DNA of 64,000 bases, from positions 434,135-498,134 of the forward strand of contig JAJYUZ010000001.1 in assembly GCA_021792255.1 (NCBI GenBank). The letters run 5' to 3'. A model generated the notes under the pieces. It searched no databases and had not been told where the DNA came from. It was given only the letters and a program-made list of their open reading frames with translations. Below, piece by piece: positions 18,390 through 26,983 of the stretch; within the stretch, counting starts at the first letter, position 1; every line of letters begins with the position of its first letter. This DNA comes from Thermoplasmata archaeon. Lineage in GTDB: Archaea; Thermoplasmatota; Thermoplasmata; Thermoplasmatales; GCA-001856825. The position numbers and the translations under genes were made by a program.

Positions 18390-19481
18390 ATGAACGAATC
18401 TTTATCATTTATCTTTAGGGACAAGAAGGGAAGAGACATCCATTCCCAATCTTCAAAACTGCCAATGATACCTGCCTCAAACATGAAGATAGTGACTGGA
18501 CTCATCAGTTCTTTTTTGCTTGGAGAAAATTTTGAAATCTTGACTGAATTCAGAATCTCGGGAGACAAACTCATAGTTTCAGGAGGCCCCTCTCCGTTAC
18601 TGCGGACACCAGAGGTAGAAACGATACGAGAGCAACTTGGGAAATATAATGTGACTAGGGTAATGTTCAACGGAAGCTTTGACTGGAATGAATACGCTCC
18701 GAAATGGGCCCCTGAAGACCAAAATGAATGTTATCAGTCGAGAATTTCGTCCTTCTCGCTCAATGAAAATTGTATTCCTAGAACGAAAAAAATTCGTGTG
18801 ACGAAGACATATGACCCGCATTCGGAAAGAGGGGTCTCAGACATCCGACCATATGACACTCTTTCGAAGAAATTGCTTCGCGATTCGGCTGATAATATTT
18901 TCCCTTCTTTTGAATTTACAACCTTCTCCAAAGGAAAACTCGTTTATGTTCACAAAGAAAAGATAGGAGACATACTCGAACATCTGGAACCTATTAGCTG
19001 CAACTTTTCGGCCGATAGCTTATACAAGTTCATTCACCATTTCCGAACCGGACTGCCAGGAAGCTGGAAGGGAGGTTCTGAAACCATAATGGAAGAGATT
19101 GGAAAGCTAGGTCTGTCAGAGCCGGATCTATTTGTCGTGGATGGATCGGGTCTTTCATCTCTCAACAAACTTACTCCCTCCTTTTTGTCCAGACTGATGA
19201 GATTTGCTGTTGAACACAATGGTGGCAAATTCTTGGAATATCTGCCATCTCCAGGAACTGGAACTTTAGAGAAGAGACTCGAGGAATTCAGGGACTATGG
19301 AATCAAGGCGAAGACCGGATCTCTTACCGGAGTGGCGACCCTCAGTGGATACATAAAGAAACTCGACATCACTTTTAGTATCATGTTGAACAACACAGGC
19401 AAGAAAGGCAAGGCTGCCAGCGACGTTGTAGATGAAACTCTCGGGGAAGGGATCGATAGGATAGAGAAATTACGGAAATGA
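18390..19481 (+). CDS. dacB: D-alanyl-D-alanine carboxypeptidase/endopeptidase, peptidase S13 (DacB/PBP4-like)
   Basis: PASNMK (SxxK), SCNF (SxN), DGSGLS and KTGSL...LSGY (KTG). Compact, with no signal peptide. Confidence 0.85.
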   Translation: MNESLSFIFRDKKGRDIHSQSSKLPMIPASNMKIVTGLISSFLLGENFEILTEFRISGDKLIVSGGPSPLLRTPEVETIREQLGKYNVTRVMFNGSFDWNEYAPKWAPEDQNECYQSRISSFSLNENCIPRTKKIRVTKTYDPHSERGVSDIRPYDTLSKKLLRDSADNIFPSFEFTTFSKGKLVYVHKEKIGDILEHLEPISCNFSADSLYKFIHHFRTGLPGSWKGGSETIMEEIGKLGLSEPDLFVVDGSGLSSLNKLTPSFLSRLMRFAVEHNGGKFLEYLPSPGTGTLEKRLEEFRDYGIKAKTGSLTGVATLSGYIKKLDITFSIMLNNTGKKGKAASDVVDETLGEGIDRIEKLRK

Positions 19482-19576
19482 GCACCGAAAGAAACATTGC
19501 TTTGGAAGAGCACTATGCTTCCTCCTAGCGGGACTTGAACGTTCAAAAGTTGTCTCCTTTAAAAAATCGACATCCT

Positions 19577-20845
19577 TTATTGACCAAGTGGAAGGGCGAA
19601 AGTGTTGAGCATATCATCGAGGCTCTCTTTCCTTTTGATGATAATCTCTTCGGACCCATCTAGTAGGAGTTCAACGGGTCTCTTCAAGAGGTTGTAATTA
19701 GACGCCATCGAGGATACGTAAGCGCCACAATTGAGAAAGGCAATCGTGTCTCCTTCTTCAATCTCTGGGAGCGACACTCCTTTGAACAATATATCAGTGT
19801 TCTCGCATACCTGCCCTCCAATATTACACTTCACAATATGAGGATCTGTGGCCTTATTCGCAACCAGAATGGGATGAGTCGCTCCGTACAGAGGTGCCCT
19901 TATCAGCGAATTCATACCGACATCTGTTCCAATGTACAGTCCGTCATAGCTCTTCACATTCGCGACCCTGCCCAAGAGAACTCCTGTGTTTGCAATTATA
20001 TAGCGACCAGGCTCTATAACGAGTCTACAATTCTTGAAGAAACCTCTCGATCGACTGTCCTCGAAGTTCTCTAAGATGTATTTGGCTACGGATCTTATAT
20101 CAAGTTCCTCCTCATCTTTCTTGTACGGAACACCCAAGCCACCTCCAATATCCAAAAATTCGAATTCTATGTCATTATCTTGGGCGATCCTTTCTGCAAT
20201 GGAGAAGAACATTCTGGACGATTGCCTGAAGAACGACGGGTCAAGAACGTTCGATCCAGTCATCATGTGTATGCCAAATCTCTTACATCCGTGTGCCTTT
20301 GCGGTCTTGTAAGCATTATTAGCGGCCTCTGGGGGCATACCGAACTTGCTGCCTTTGCCGCCCGTGGTTATTCCTTTAAACTCTCCCTTGCCTATTCCTG
20401 GATTCACTCTGAAAGACACCACGTTTGGAAGATTGTCCTTTATCAGTTCCATTTGGCCGACATCGTCAAAATTTAATATCACACCTTCAGCCGATATTTT
20501 CGCTAACTCATCCTTCGATAGGTTATTGGGGGTAGCAATTATCCTATCTGCGCTGGCTCCGACCCTTAGTGCCAACAGTACTTCGTTCAGGTTCGCTGCG
20601 TCAAAACCAACTCCCATTTCTCTCAAGATTGAGAGAAGGGCTGGATTGAAATTCGACTTGATGGAAAAAATGACAGACAGGTAGTCTGCATTGAAAGCAT
20701 CTGAGAGTTTCTTTACATTTTCCTGAATCTTTCTCTTAGAATACACAATGAGTGGGGTACCATACTTCCTACTCAGTTCTACCAGATTCCTGTCGTCAAG
20801 AAATAGATTATTGTTCTTTACATCAAAGTACCTTAGATAATCCAC
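19577..20845 (-). CDS. lysA: Diaminopimelate decarboxylase
   Basis: YGTPL.VY, FSIKSN (PLP Lys), RVNPG, SKFG, DIGGG, EPGRY, GQVCENTD and GAY...MASNYN. Confidence 0.88.
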   Translation of the reverse strand: MDYLRYFDVKNNNLFLDDRNLVELSRKYGTPLIVYSKRKIQENVKKLSDAFNADYLSVIFSIKSNFNPALLSILREMGVGFDAANLNEVLLALRVGASADRIIATPNNLSKDELAKISAEGVILNFDDVGQMELIKDNLPNVVSFRVNPGIGKGEFKGITTGGKGSKFGMPPEAANNAYKTAKAHGCKRFGIHMMTGSNVLDPSFFRQSSRMFFSIAERIAQDNDIEFEFLDIGGGLGVPYKKDEEELDIRSVAKYILENFEDSRSRGFFKNCRLVIEPGRYIIANTGVLLGRVANVKSYDGLYIGTDVGMNSLIRAPLYGATHPILVANKATDPHIVKCNIGGQVCENTDILFKGVSLPEIEEGDTIAFLNCGAYVSSMASNYNLLKRPVELLLDGSEEIIIKRKESLDDMLNTFALPLGQ

Positions 20846-20987
20846 GTCCTTCTATAATTTATGGATATTTTAGCTCTTTGACTGTCATTGGATCCTCTCA
20901 GAAGATTTCACGCTTCGAACTCTGATAAACACAGAAACGTTTCTTCTGCTAGCAAACGTGATTGCATAGGGAGCAAGCAATATTCCA

Positions 20988-22262
20988 TCAACGTTTCTTC
21001 CAACCGTGACTGAGGATTTGCCAATCTCCAGATTCCACGTTCTCAAGAAATCCTTTGGTCCACGAATATTCTGGGTGTAGGGAAAGAAAAAGAGAACTGT
21101 CGAATCTGTCAGAACACGGTTTCCCCCACTTAACTTGAGACTCTCCCCTAAGTGCACCTTCCCCTGAGACTATCTTACCATCTATTGATCCTACTGGATA
21201 AAATGGTCCCTTCTTGTCAAACGCGTCGAGATTGGGTTCGATCTCTCTGTGGCCACAGATAGAGTTCTTACCAGGATTCATTTTTTGCAGGAAGTGGTCG
21301 TGGTGATCTGAAAGTATTTTCTTGTAGTCGAGAGTATCTTTTCTTCCATTCCTCAACAGTTCTTCTAGTCGATACAACCTGCTGTTGTCGGAGTTGATCG
21401 AACCGTCGTAAGATATGCTAGATTCTTTTCTCACTTCTTCAAATTGGACATAGTTACTGGAGGGAAAAAAGCCGTTGTTTTTCTTCAAGAACACGTGGTT
21501 GTAAGTGGCGATCTCAAGCAATCCTATCTCCTTATTCTTGCCATCTCCGATAAGGTAGTCGTTCGCGTATCCTCCGGTGTTCCCATCAATGATGTACTTA
21601 GCAAATTCGTCTATGGAATTGGAATTCTGAATAGCTAACCTGAGTCTCTGAAATATCGGAGTTCCCTTTACGTTATAGGTATCTATCCCGTCCAGGGTCG
21701 TCTCGCTTGCCATGATGCCCTTTTCGTTGTAGTAAAAGTCTGTCCCGCTGAAAACCAGACCGGGAGCAGTCTGCATTACGAAACCTAGCCCTTCATCTGG
21801 AGTTATCTTCAGCATCAGATTGAAATTGACGCCAGTGAAGTACCTCCACCACGTCGTGTGAGCGAGCATCACATCACTGTCTGTAGTGTAGTCTCCTGTT
21901 GCCACGAAGGAAGTGCACGATCCGTGGTTTCTAGCCTTACCGACCGACAGGAAACTTTCTGCATCAAAGGTGACATTTAACGCGAAAATGTCATCAAAAT
22001 TTATTTGGTCGGGTGCGACCGAGTTGTACCCTTTAACTATTCCTTCCATTTCCTCCTTAATGTCTCCATCCAGGGAGGAGAGAAAATTGTCTTTCGAGAA
22101 CTCTACAAGCCACTGCCAGCTCTTAGAAAAATCGTGCGTGAAGATAAAGCTGAAGGTATCGATCGTCCTTCTAATTTCTTTGCTAAAATTCTGGCCTATT
22201 TCCCTGCCTATTTCAGCTGGTGTACCTGCTACCTCTTTGAAAATGAACCTATCTCGTTCCAT
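20988..22262 (-). CDS. Ntn-hydrolase, peptidase C45/phospholipase-B-like family
   Basis: N-terminal G.P.EIG...G, autoprocessing Cys site HGSCTSFVATG, LAHTTW, SGTDFY, SETT and NTGGYANDYLIGD. Confidence 0.7.
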   Translation of the reverse strand: MERDRFIFKEVAGTPAEIGREIGQNFSKEIRRTIDTFSFIFTHDFSKSWQWLVEFSKDNFLSSLDGDIKEEMEGIVKGYNSVAPDQINFDDIFALNVTFDAESFLSVGKARNHGSCTSFVATGDYTTDSDVMLAHTTWWRYFTGVNFNLMLKITPDEGLGFVMQTAPGLVFSGTDFYYNEKGIMASETTLDGIDTYNVKGTPIFQRLRLAIQNSNSIDEFAKYIIDGNTGGYANDYLIGDGKNKEIGLLEIATYNHVFLKKNNGFFPSSNYVQFEEVRKESSISYDGSINSDNSRLYRLEELLRNGRKDTLDYKKILSDHHDHFLQKMNPGKNSICGHREIEPNLDAFDKKGPFYPVGSIDGKIVSGEGALRGESQVKWGKPCSDRFDSSLFLSLHPEYSWTKGFLENVESGDWQILSHGWKKR

Positions 22263-22408
22263 TCACTAACCCACTCTTTAGAAACAATTTTTCGATTTTG
22301 ATAAGGATTTCGGTTGAAACAGAGATGCTTTTAACTGGTATATTCGAAATTGACTCGTGCTGTCCGTTCCCGAATTGGACGATGAATATCTTTTTGGGAG
22401 AAATCCTC

Positions 22409-24280
22409 TTAGAGCGTGAACGGTGAGACGTCCTCTCCGTGACTTTGCTGGAGTTCCTTTAACCGAGCAATCTCCTTGTCAAGCTCCGTCAGGACTTGCT
22501 TTGGAGTCGTGGTTAAGCCTCTGTATACTTCCCTTATCCTAAGATCCTTCTCGATCAATTTGGATGTCCTGATCCTGAACTGAGCATCGTACTGATCCTT
22601 TGTGTATTCTTTCTGAAGGACTGTCTTGAATAATGGTCTCAAGTCCTCGTATTTGGGAATGTATCCGATCGGAGTTAATGTCGCTTCACCTTCTCCGTGA
22701 ACTCTCTCTTCCATCCACTTCAACCATACTGCCTTGTCCACTTTCTCGTTGAGGAATGCGCCGTTCTCCTTCAGGAAATAATTGACTGCAAAGATCAAGG
22801 GCTTCTTCTTCAGCTTGACCCCGAACTTGAGATAGTTTTCCAGATATTTCCCAAGATCTACAGAAAGGAATTCCATTATTGACATTGCGTTGAATGTCCT
22901 CACTCCTGTCTTTCCGATCGAGGCTGCCGTGGTTTCTGATTCGATGCTCGCTCCTTTGTTTATCACTCCGTGATTCCAATCTAGAGATTCACAGACTGGA
23001 GGCCATGTATCACTATCCCTGCCACCAAAAATAATACCTTCCACCGGGACTCCCTCCTTGCTATCGAGAGCCGCCTTGTCTAGGCCCGAAAACGAGCTCA
23101 GTTTGACTGTGAATCTGGCATTCTTGTGAGAAGCAGGTATGTCCTTCCCTTCGGAGTCCTTGTTTCCTTTCTTCCACACTGCGCTGTGATTTTCTCCGGT
23201 TTCCGGTATCGAAACCCCCATTCCGTTCCAGTAAGGTTCTCCGTTGTTTATCAGTACATTCGAGAAAATTGTTTCATCGTTGCCGTACAGGACATCCCAT
23301 ATCGTACCATCGTCCTCCTCGTTCACACCGTCTATTATTCCAAATACCCCATATTCCAAGTTTATGGCACGTGCAATTCCATCCTTCTCCTTGATGAATA
23401 CTAGGTCATCTCCAACGATCCTTTCTGACGGAACCATGCAGGTAGAAGTCTTTCCACAAGCTGACGGAAATGCTCCCGTGAAATATGTCACCCTGTTTCC
23501 CTTTCCATTGACGCCCATGAGGAACATGTGTTCCGACAACCAACCTTCCTCTAGTGCCTTCTTTATCGTGAGTCTAAATGCCAGTTTCTTGAGTCCCACG
23601 GTGTTACCTGCGTACTGAGTGTTTACAGAGAGACTCGCGTTTCCCTCCAGATCGAAGAACACTCTCCTGCCCTTGATGTTCTTGGTAGTCTTTCTTGAAT
23701 CGACCTCTCCCTGACTGTGGATAAATTTTAGAAAATTTGTCTCAGGATTGCGTATAAAATATTCGTAATCGGACCTGTAGAGGATCATTTCGCTGTGCAT
23801 CACATAATATGAATCCGTAATCTGTACTGCTTTTAACGAAAGAGGGGAATTCTTCGGACCAAGAGAAAAGAAGCCTATGAGCATGGTTCTTCCCTTCATT
23901 ATGCCCTTCATCAGGCTTTCTATCTCGTTTATTCCCGCGGTCCTTTCCATCGTGTTTATGAATGGAAGCTTTTCCCTTTTTTCTGTCAGAACCTTAGTAT
24001 TCTCCTTATCCCTGGCCTGATCGAGGTAGTTATCAAAATGATATGTGTGAGAGGTCTTCTTCAAAAGTTTCTCCTCGCCATATTCTAGTGACTTTCTTCT
24101 TATGAATTCATAATCCTCATCTGAATCGGTCACCAGGAATACGGAAGAGGGTTCCATTAGGTCAATGTAGTGTGATATGAATTTCTGAAGATCCTGGTTC
24201 TCTATAAATTCGATTTTTTTTGTTTCGGAGGGAGGGAAAATAGGTCGATTAGATATGTTAGAACTTTTCATATATTTCAT
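22409..24280 (-). CDS. pckG: Phosphoenolpyruvate carboxykinase (GTP)
   Basis: QITDS.YV, YAGN..GLKK...R, WLSEHM, AFPSACGKT, VGDD, H.NARF and IFGGR. Start is uncertain (ATG 24280 or 24271, or TTG 24319). Confidence 0.92.
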   Translation of the reverse strand: MKYMKSSNISNRPIFPPSETKKIEFIENQDLQKFISHYIDLMEPSSVFLVTDSDEDYEFIRRKSLEYGEEKLLKKTSHTYHFDNYLDQARDKENTKVLTEKREKLPFINTMERTAGINEIESLMKGIMKGRTMLIGFFSLGPKNSPLSLKAVQITDSYYVMHSEMILYRSDYEYFIRNPETNFLKFIHSQGEVDSRKTTKNIKGRRVFFDLEGNASLSVNTQYAGNTVGLKKLAFRLTIKKALEEGWLSEHMFLMGVNGKGNRVTYFTGAFPSACGKTSTCMVPSERIVGDDLVFIKEKDGIARAINLEYGVFGIIDGVNEEDDGTIWDVLYGNDETIFSNVLINNGEPYWNGMGVSIPETGENHSAVWKKGNKDSEGKDIPASHKNARFTVKLSSFSGLDKAALDSKEGVPVEGIIFGGRDSDTWPPVCESLDWNHGVINKGASIESETTAASIGKTGVRTFNAMSIMEFLSVDLGKYLENYLKFGVKLKKKPLIFAVNYFLKENGAFLNEKVDKAVWLKWMEERVHGEGEATLTPIGYIPKYEDLRPLFKTVLQKEYTKDQYDAQFRIRTSKLIEKDLRIREVYRGLTTTPKQVLTELDKEIARLKELQQSHGEDVSPFTL

Positions 24281-24516
24281 GAGAGAATATCTTGTAATAA
24301 CTTTATCTATAATATTCAATTAAACCAAGTCTAATCACAGTTATTTATCATAGAACAAAACTCATCTTTCCCGCGTCTAGCAACAGTTTCTGTTGAAAAA
24401 ATACAGGATTTGTCCACATTGTACCGGGATGACTTTACCGATCCTGAACTGCTACTTTTAGAATAAAAAGAAATAAAATTATTAATTATGAGAACGCGTT
24501 GGTCTTCGGCAGTGGT

Positions 24517-24657
24517 TTATTTTTCGTCTTTCTTCTTTATTCCTTTCATTATGCCTTTCCCAAAGCCTTTTACGACGTCCGCTCCCTTCTTGGCCGCGTT
24601 TCCCACAACTTCTCCTGATTTTTCCACTGCTCCTTCCTTCTTTTTCTCTTCTTCCAT
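24517..24657 (-). CDS. Small 46-aa Lys/Glu/Gly-rich amphipathic protein (not in ORF track)
   Basis: MEEEKKKEGAVEKSGEVVGNAAKKGADVVKGFGKGIMKGIKKKDEK*. Strong SD GGAGGT before the ATG and TTTATA further upstream. Confidence 0.75.
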   Translation of the reverse strand: MEEEKKKEGAVEKSGEVVGNAAKKGADVVKGFGKGIMKGIKKKDEK

Positions 24658-24856
24658 TTTTTGACCTCCTCTAGAGTAATTTCACTTCACGTATAAATTA
24701 TCTTCCCTGAATAGTGTGATATTGCTTAAACAGGGTGAATTGCTTCTTAAAGCTGCTCTGATGAATACGATTTTTCGATTGAGAGTGAATTCTCTCTGTT
24801 ATGGGCTTTTGGAGACCGATCTAACGTGACCGCCAAAAGACCCGGTTTGAACTTTT

Positions 24857-26134
24857 TTAAGTCTTTTGCACTCTATGTTCCCTCACCTGGAATGAATATA
24901 CTACTATTCCGGAAAGAATCATCAAACTGCCGAGATATAGTGCCTGGGAGCCAAGAGTTAACATTATCACTGCAGACAGAAAAACCGAAATTATCGGCAG
25001 GTAAGGAAAGAGGGGAGTATTGAAATCACCCTGTAGTTTTCTCCTCCTGACTATTATTACGGCTACTCCCGTCAGCGAGTATGAGAAGATCACTCCGAAA
25101 TTTGATGCTAATGCTACATATTGCAGATTCCCAAGAAAGAGAGATAATATTGCTAGAGTTCCGATAATTATCACTGCTCTTTTTGGTGAGTCGCCTCCCT
25201 TTCCTTCTATCCATTTTGGGAAGAGACCATCCTCGCTCATTTGGAGGAGCGTTCTGGAGCCTGCAACTATGAGCGAAAGAGTTACAGTAACAGTCGCAAT
25301 AAGTGCGATAATACTTACCGTAAACGAGACAAAAAATGGAGCACCTGAATAACTGAGCGCACTTACTAGAGGATCGGCCGATACGCCATAGAGTTTCCAG
25401 GGCATCATCGCCAGCATCCCTAGAACGACAAGAATGTAAAGAACGGTGCTCACGACGAGCGATATCATTATCGCCTTAGGCACATTTTTCCTTCCATTCT
25501 CCACCTCTGGTGTGAGCGTCGCTATGGTGTTGAATCCAGAATAAGCAAAGAATGCCAGGGAAGCAGCTTCTATAATGCTCAAGGGCCCGTGTGGCAAAAT
25601 AGGGGTAAAGTTAGAAGGGGACCATTTACCATAGAAGAATGATATTATAATAAACAGTACCAGTCCCGCGCTGGTTACAAAGACCAGAATCTGTTCAATT
25701 TTGGCTACTACCTTAATGCCTGCATAATCGACCGCAGTTATGGCGATCAGGAAGATTATCGAGATAGCGAGGATGATGAATTCTGACTGAGAATGAAAGA
25801 AGGATAGCAAGTACGATGAAAAACCCAGTGTCACTGCTGCCCCAGCTATTGCATAAGATATCCCCCTCAGCCATCCCACTAGGAAACCTAGAGAATCGCC
25901 CATTGTGACCCTGATAAATGAGTAGAGACCTCCGTGAGAGACTATTTTTGAGGACAGCTCTGCACTGCTGAAAGCGACAGTCATCGCTAGGAAAGCGGTG
26001 AATGCAAAGGCAATAACTGCGCCTGGACCGGACTCTTTGATGACGACTCCTGCGAGCACAAATATCCCTGCGCCGATGATATTACCCAGGCCGATGGCGG
26101 CTGCCTGCCCCATCGTTATCCTTGAATCGCTCAC
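24857..26134 (-). CDS. APC-family amino acid permease
   Basis: GNIIGAGIF, AELSS..GG.Y, FFAYSGF...EV.N and about 12 TM segments. Confidence 0.9.
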   Translation of the reverse strand: MSDSRITMGQAAAIGLGNIIGAGIFVLAGVVIKESGPGAVIAFAFTAFLAMTVAFSSAELSSKIVSHGGLYSFIRVTMGDSLGFLVGWLRGISYAIAGAAVTLGFSSYLLSFFHSQSEFIILAISIIFLIAITAVDYAGIKVVAKIEQILVFVTSAGLVLFIIISFFYGKWSPSNFTPILPHGPLSIIEAASLAFFAYSGFNTIATLTPEVENGRKNVPKAIMISLVVSTVLYILVVLGMLAMMPWKLYGVSADPLVSALSYSGAPFFVSFTVSIIALIATVTVTLSLIVAGSRTLLQMSEDGLFPKWIEGKGGDSPKRAVIIIGTLAILSLFLGNLQYVALASNFGVIFSYSLTGVAVIIVRRRKLQGDFNTPLFPYLPIISVFLSAVIMLTLGSQALYLGSLMILSGIVVYSFQVREHRVQKT

Positions 26135-26187
26135 TCCTTGTCATGAGAAGCGATATTAATACGTTGTCCGAGTATCTCTGGAAAATC

Positions 26188-26559
26188 TCAGAAATACGCC
26201 CAGAAGTTATCCTGCCAGAGATCATACTCTTCCTCCACTTCTCTGGCAAATTGCCTCTTAAATGTTTTCTTTTTCTCTTCTTCGCGATACAAGCTCAGGA
26301 TTTCTTCCTTGCTTGTCTTTGATAGCGTATCAAATCTTTGTCTCACTTGTTTCTCCAAGATCGGGTGCAGTCTGGACATCTTCGATCCAGTAAAACAGAC
26401 TTTGAAGAATCTTTCGTTCCCCATTTTGACGTGAAAGATCCTCCAATCTATGTCTATCTTATTCGTGAATTCGTTTCCAACGAGATTGGCAAGAGCCTCG
26501 GTAATCTGTTTTTGGTCCACATCTGAGACTTTAAAAGTTATCTCAAGTCCTTTTTCCAC
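26188..26559 (-). CDS. Hypothetical protein
   Basis: 123-aa ORF with plausible composition, ending EEEYDLWQDNFWAYF. No function recognised. Confidence 0.65.
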   Translation of the reverse strand: MEKGLEITFKVSDVDQKQITEALANLVGNEFTNKIDIDWRIFHVKMGNERFFKVCFTGSKMSRLHPILEKQVRQRFDTLSKTSKEEILSLYREEEKKKTFKRQFAREVEEEYDLWQDNFWAYF

Positions 26560-26692
26560 TCAGCTTCCCTAAATATTGATCAAAGTTCCATTTTTAAATC
26601 TATCCTTATCTAAAATGACGACTATGGGATGAATTAATAACAAAAGAAGCAGGCACTCCTAATCTCATTCATTTTTCAAGAGAATAAGATTC

Positions 26693-26773
26693 TCACTGGC
26701 TCCAATTGATGTAAGAAAACTTCCTCATCCTATCTTTGGTTTCCTTTTCAATCCTAGTGGAAATTGTTTCTAT
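26693..26773 (-). pseudogene. Remnant of a VapB/ribbon-helix-helix-type antitoxin
   Basis: Reads (ATA)IETISTRIEKETKDRMRKFSYINWSQ*, resembling archaeal VapB 'TISIR...K..M....INWSE'. No start codon and truncated. Confidence 0.4.
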
Positions 26774-26983
26774 GACAAGTAATACCAATTAGTAATAAAC
26801 ATATCACCATTCGAGAAAACCATTATCTTCGCGCTACAAACACACAGGAATGCCCCTCTCCAATGGGACGTTGCCTGAAAACAAATGTCTGCAATGCCCA
26901 CGAAGGACAAAGTCCTCGTGCAAAGTCAGAACATATTTTGAGAGCCTATCTTGCTGTTTCGACTTATAAAACGCCTTTTCGTA

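Noticed and set aside
207-22262. The cluster is a bacterial contaminant or chimeric join
   Set aside because: The SBP and surface hydrolase have archaeal architecture (C-terminal TM anchors, dense sequons), promoters look TATA-type and no junction is visible before the archaeal genes. Read mapping is still needed to exclude it fully.
207-22262. The cluster recycles the host's own wall (murein or pseudomurein)
   Set aside because: No wall-biosynthesis genes are in the window. Pseudomurein lacks MurNAc, D-amino acids and mDAP, so MurQ, NamZ, DacB and LysA would have no endogenous substrate.
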